From contig OZ076409.1 of the NCBI GenBank assembly GCA_964187785.1, positions 33,730,001-33,794,000 on the forward strand: DNA of 64,000 bases, read 5' to 3'. The notes beneath the pieces are model-generated. The model did not search any database. It saw only the letters and a program-made list of their open reading frames with translations, and was not told the DNA's origin. Source of the stretch: Amphiscolops sp. MND2022. Its lineage: Eukaryota. Shown here piece by piece: positions 61,575 through 64,000 of the stretch. Made by a program: the position numbers and the translations under genes. Each line of letters opens with the position of its first letter. Position 1 is the stretch's first letter.

Positions 61575-62985
61575 ATGATTGAAAACAAAAAAGAAATTGC
61601 TATAGAAATATTCTTTCCAGTAATTAAAAACTTTGAAGGCATCCAAATACAAACTCACTATAAAGATGAGTGTTGGAGTATTGATCTCACTGATAAAACA
61701 AAATTGGCAAAATACAACAAAAACTACAATTCCACTTTTACAGTAATTGATAACCACACTAAATATGCATAGGCCATTCCTCTTAAAGACAAATCCAGAA
61801 AAAGTACAACAAATGCATTCAAGAAACTTATTGAAAAAGAAAGAAGAAAACCTGATAAACTTTGATCCGATTGAGGTAAAGAGTTTTATAATGAAACTTT
61901 TTAAAATTTCCTAAATTTAAAATTTTCAAATTGAACAAAACATTCAAATTTATTGAACGAATTCAGATTCGAAAGCTGTTTTTGTTGAACGATTCAATGG
62001 AACACGTTTGGACTTACTCAAAGACCCGATGTATATTGAAGGTTATGCGTGTTGGCTGAATAACTTAGGAAATGGATTAGAAAAGTATAATATTCGTGTC
62101 CATGGCACTACCAAAATGACACCTTTCGAAATGTCAACTAATCAAAAACTAATACCTACTTTGAAACCTAGCAGTAATAATAACAAACAACCAAACATCC
62201 AGGTGGGAGATGTCGTAAAAGTTTTCGATAAACGTACACTATACAGTAGGGGTTACACATTTAATTGGAATGGAGAACTATTTAAAAAACACAGCATCAT
62301 TATTACAAGTCCAGTGACCGTTGCTCTAGAAGATGAAAATGAAGAAATTATTCAAGGAAAATATTATGGTCAAGAACTTTTAGAAGTGTATTTGATTTTA
62401 AATCTTATTCTAAAACACTAGAAAATATGAATTTTTTTCCATTAATTAGAGTAATTTGTTTTATCATAAATGGATTCTATGTTTTCTTTGAAAAATTAAT
62501 ATGCTGTTGATAAACATTTTCAAAAAATTCATTCTATAAAATATAATCCAAATAGCTTATCGCCAATCAATAATAAAAATTCAAATATGCCGGTAACTTT
62601 GCCAAGAGAAGACGCTTATGTTTGTTTACAAAACTCCTATATATCAATAGATTTTGAAGTAGTAAAAGATGCTGATAATACGAGATACGCCGATTTCGAT
62701 GAAATAGCCCTATTTAATTTTGGATCTGTTGCCCTTTTTTAGCGAGGCTAAGCTGACAACTAGTTTAGGGAAACACTTGGAAAAATTGACAACCTGCATA
62801 TTTTAATTATAATGCATAAAACGTTAACTTCTCGCAAACAGACAAGTGAACAGATGAGTGGGTTTGAAGAATTGATTGCTGTCAGTAGACAAGAACAAAC
62901 AAACAATAAGACAGAGTAAGGAACCTTTTTTTGCTAAAATTAAACTGAGTGACGTGTTTGGAATTGCTGATCAAGAAAAAACATA
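61575..62985 (+). mobile_element. Fragment of a second Polinton: integrase followed directly by the 5' part of the major capsid gene
   Basis: IQTHYKDECWSIDL...VIDNHTKYA, VFVERFNGT and IQGKYYGQELL; then LPREDAYVCLQNSYISIDFEV...GIADQEK. Homologous to 19570-20416 and 21750-22250. Confidence 0.88.
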
Positions 62986-64000
62986 GGCGCGACGGCATGT
63001 CGCGCTTGGGCACGAGCAGAAACGTTCAATGGTCTGCAGAAGGTGCTAGAAAATGTGTATATCCCAGATTCCAAAACCTAGTGAACTTATCTAGTCTCAG
63101 ATCAAGAAAATTTAGATGAAAGAACTAAAAAGAAAGATGAGAAATTGAAGGTTGAGAAAATGAAAATTGTAATTTTAGCGAAAAAACGTAGGCGTCATAC
63201 TTGATGACGGAAACTTTGATAGTACAAGAACTAGCCTACATCTTTGCATATCTCTGTGAGGGAGAATGGTTTTCGTATCTACTTTCACTTCTGGGAAAAA
63301 TCAGTTACAATTTGGGAAAAAGTGGAAATTTTTCGAATTTTTCTTCATCCATTTATTTGCCCAATAATACCAGAGTGAAAAAAAGTCGACGTCAATTTAA
63401 CCTTTAAACATAGTCTACTGAACCCTCGTACAAATTACGAAACCATGGACTCCGTATTCGTTCTCGGTCCTGATATACAGAATACAGATATACAAGCTCA
63501 AGTAAAAAAGAACTGAGAAATTTTTTTCAAAAACAAGTATTTTTAGCAGAAAAACGAAAGCGTCATACTTGATGACGAAAACTTGGTTAGTACAAAAAAA
63601 GCCCACATCCTTGCTATTTGTCTTGAGGAAGAATGGTTTCTGTATCTTTCGTCAGTGTTGAGAAACATGAGCTACAGTTGAGAAAAAACTTTTCGAAAAT
63701 TTTTTCATCCCTTTTTTATGCCCAAAAAGCGCAGTCGGGAAAATTTTTGACGTCATTTTTTAGCGAAAATGTAGCCTACGAAACGCTTGTATATTATACG
63801 AAACCTTGGACCCTGTATCTGGTCTCGGTTTTGAGAAATAAGGGAAGAAAGATGAAACACTCTAAAAATTTGCGTTTTTTCAAAATTTCTTTTCAAAAAA
63901 AAACCAGGAATCCGAATTCTTTTTGAAAAATTTTTTCAACGAAAAGGTAGCCAAGGATTCTACCCAACTTTTGACTAGGACAAAGGTTTTTCGTATCTCT

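Noticed and set aside
63000..64000. Diverged ~370-bp repeats with a gcgtcatacttgatgacg palindrome (similar ~185-bp tandem pair at 2757-3130)
   Set aside because: Real low-copy tandem repeats, but boundaries and class cannot be defined and there is no coding signal.

Overview
AT-rich animal (invertebrate-like) nuclear DNA made almost entirely of mobile elements around one host gene. From left to right: (1) minisatellite-rich repeats and a decayed CRE-clade non-LTR retrotransposon (minus strand, ~3.9-7.0 kb). (2) An old, internally deleted Ty3/Gypsy relic (7.3-10.4 kb). (3) A full-length but pseudogenised 15.25-kb Polinton/Maverick (adintovirus-like) element at 13343-28595 with a 6-bp target-site duplication (TSD) TATCAT. 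It encodes protease, penton, A32-type ATPase, integrase, double-jelly-roll major capsid protein (MCP), an HNH nuclease and pPolB, and both termini are hairpins. (4) A 5.06-kb tandem segmental duplication carrying a 1.5-kb solo LTR and the last exon of a DEG/ENaC channel gene. (5) Inside the second duplicate, a 15-kb Ty3/Gypsy element (41936-56921, TSD TTGTC). Its gag ORF starts inside the LTR, and it carries a 7-exon antisense gene for a ~1090-aa BED-finger/hAT-transposase-like protein. (6) The DEG/ENaC gene, whose one clearly defined intron looks like a TIR transposon with an AGG TSD that supplies both splice sites (Introner-like). (7) A fragment of a second Polinton. All calls come from reading the sequence by eye; no database searches were run.
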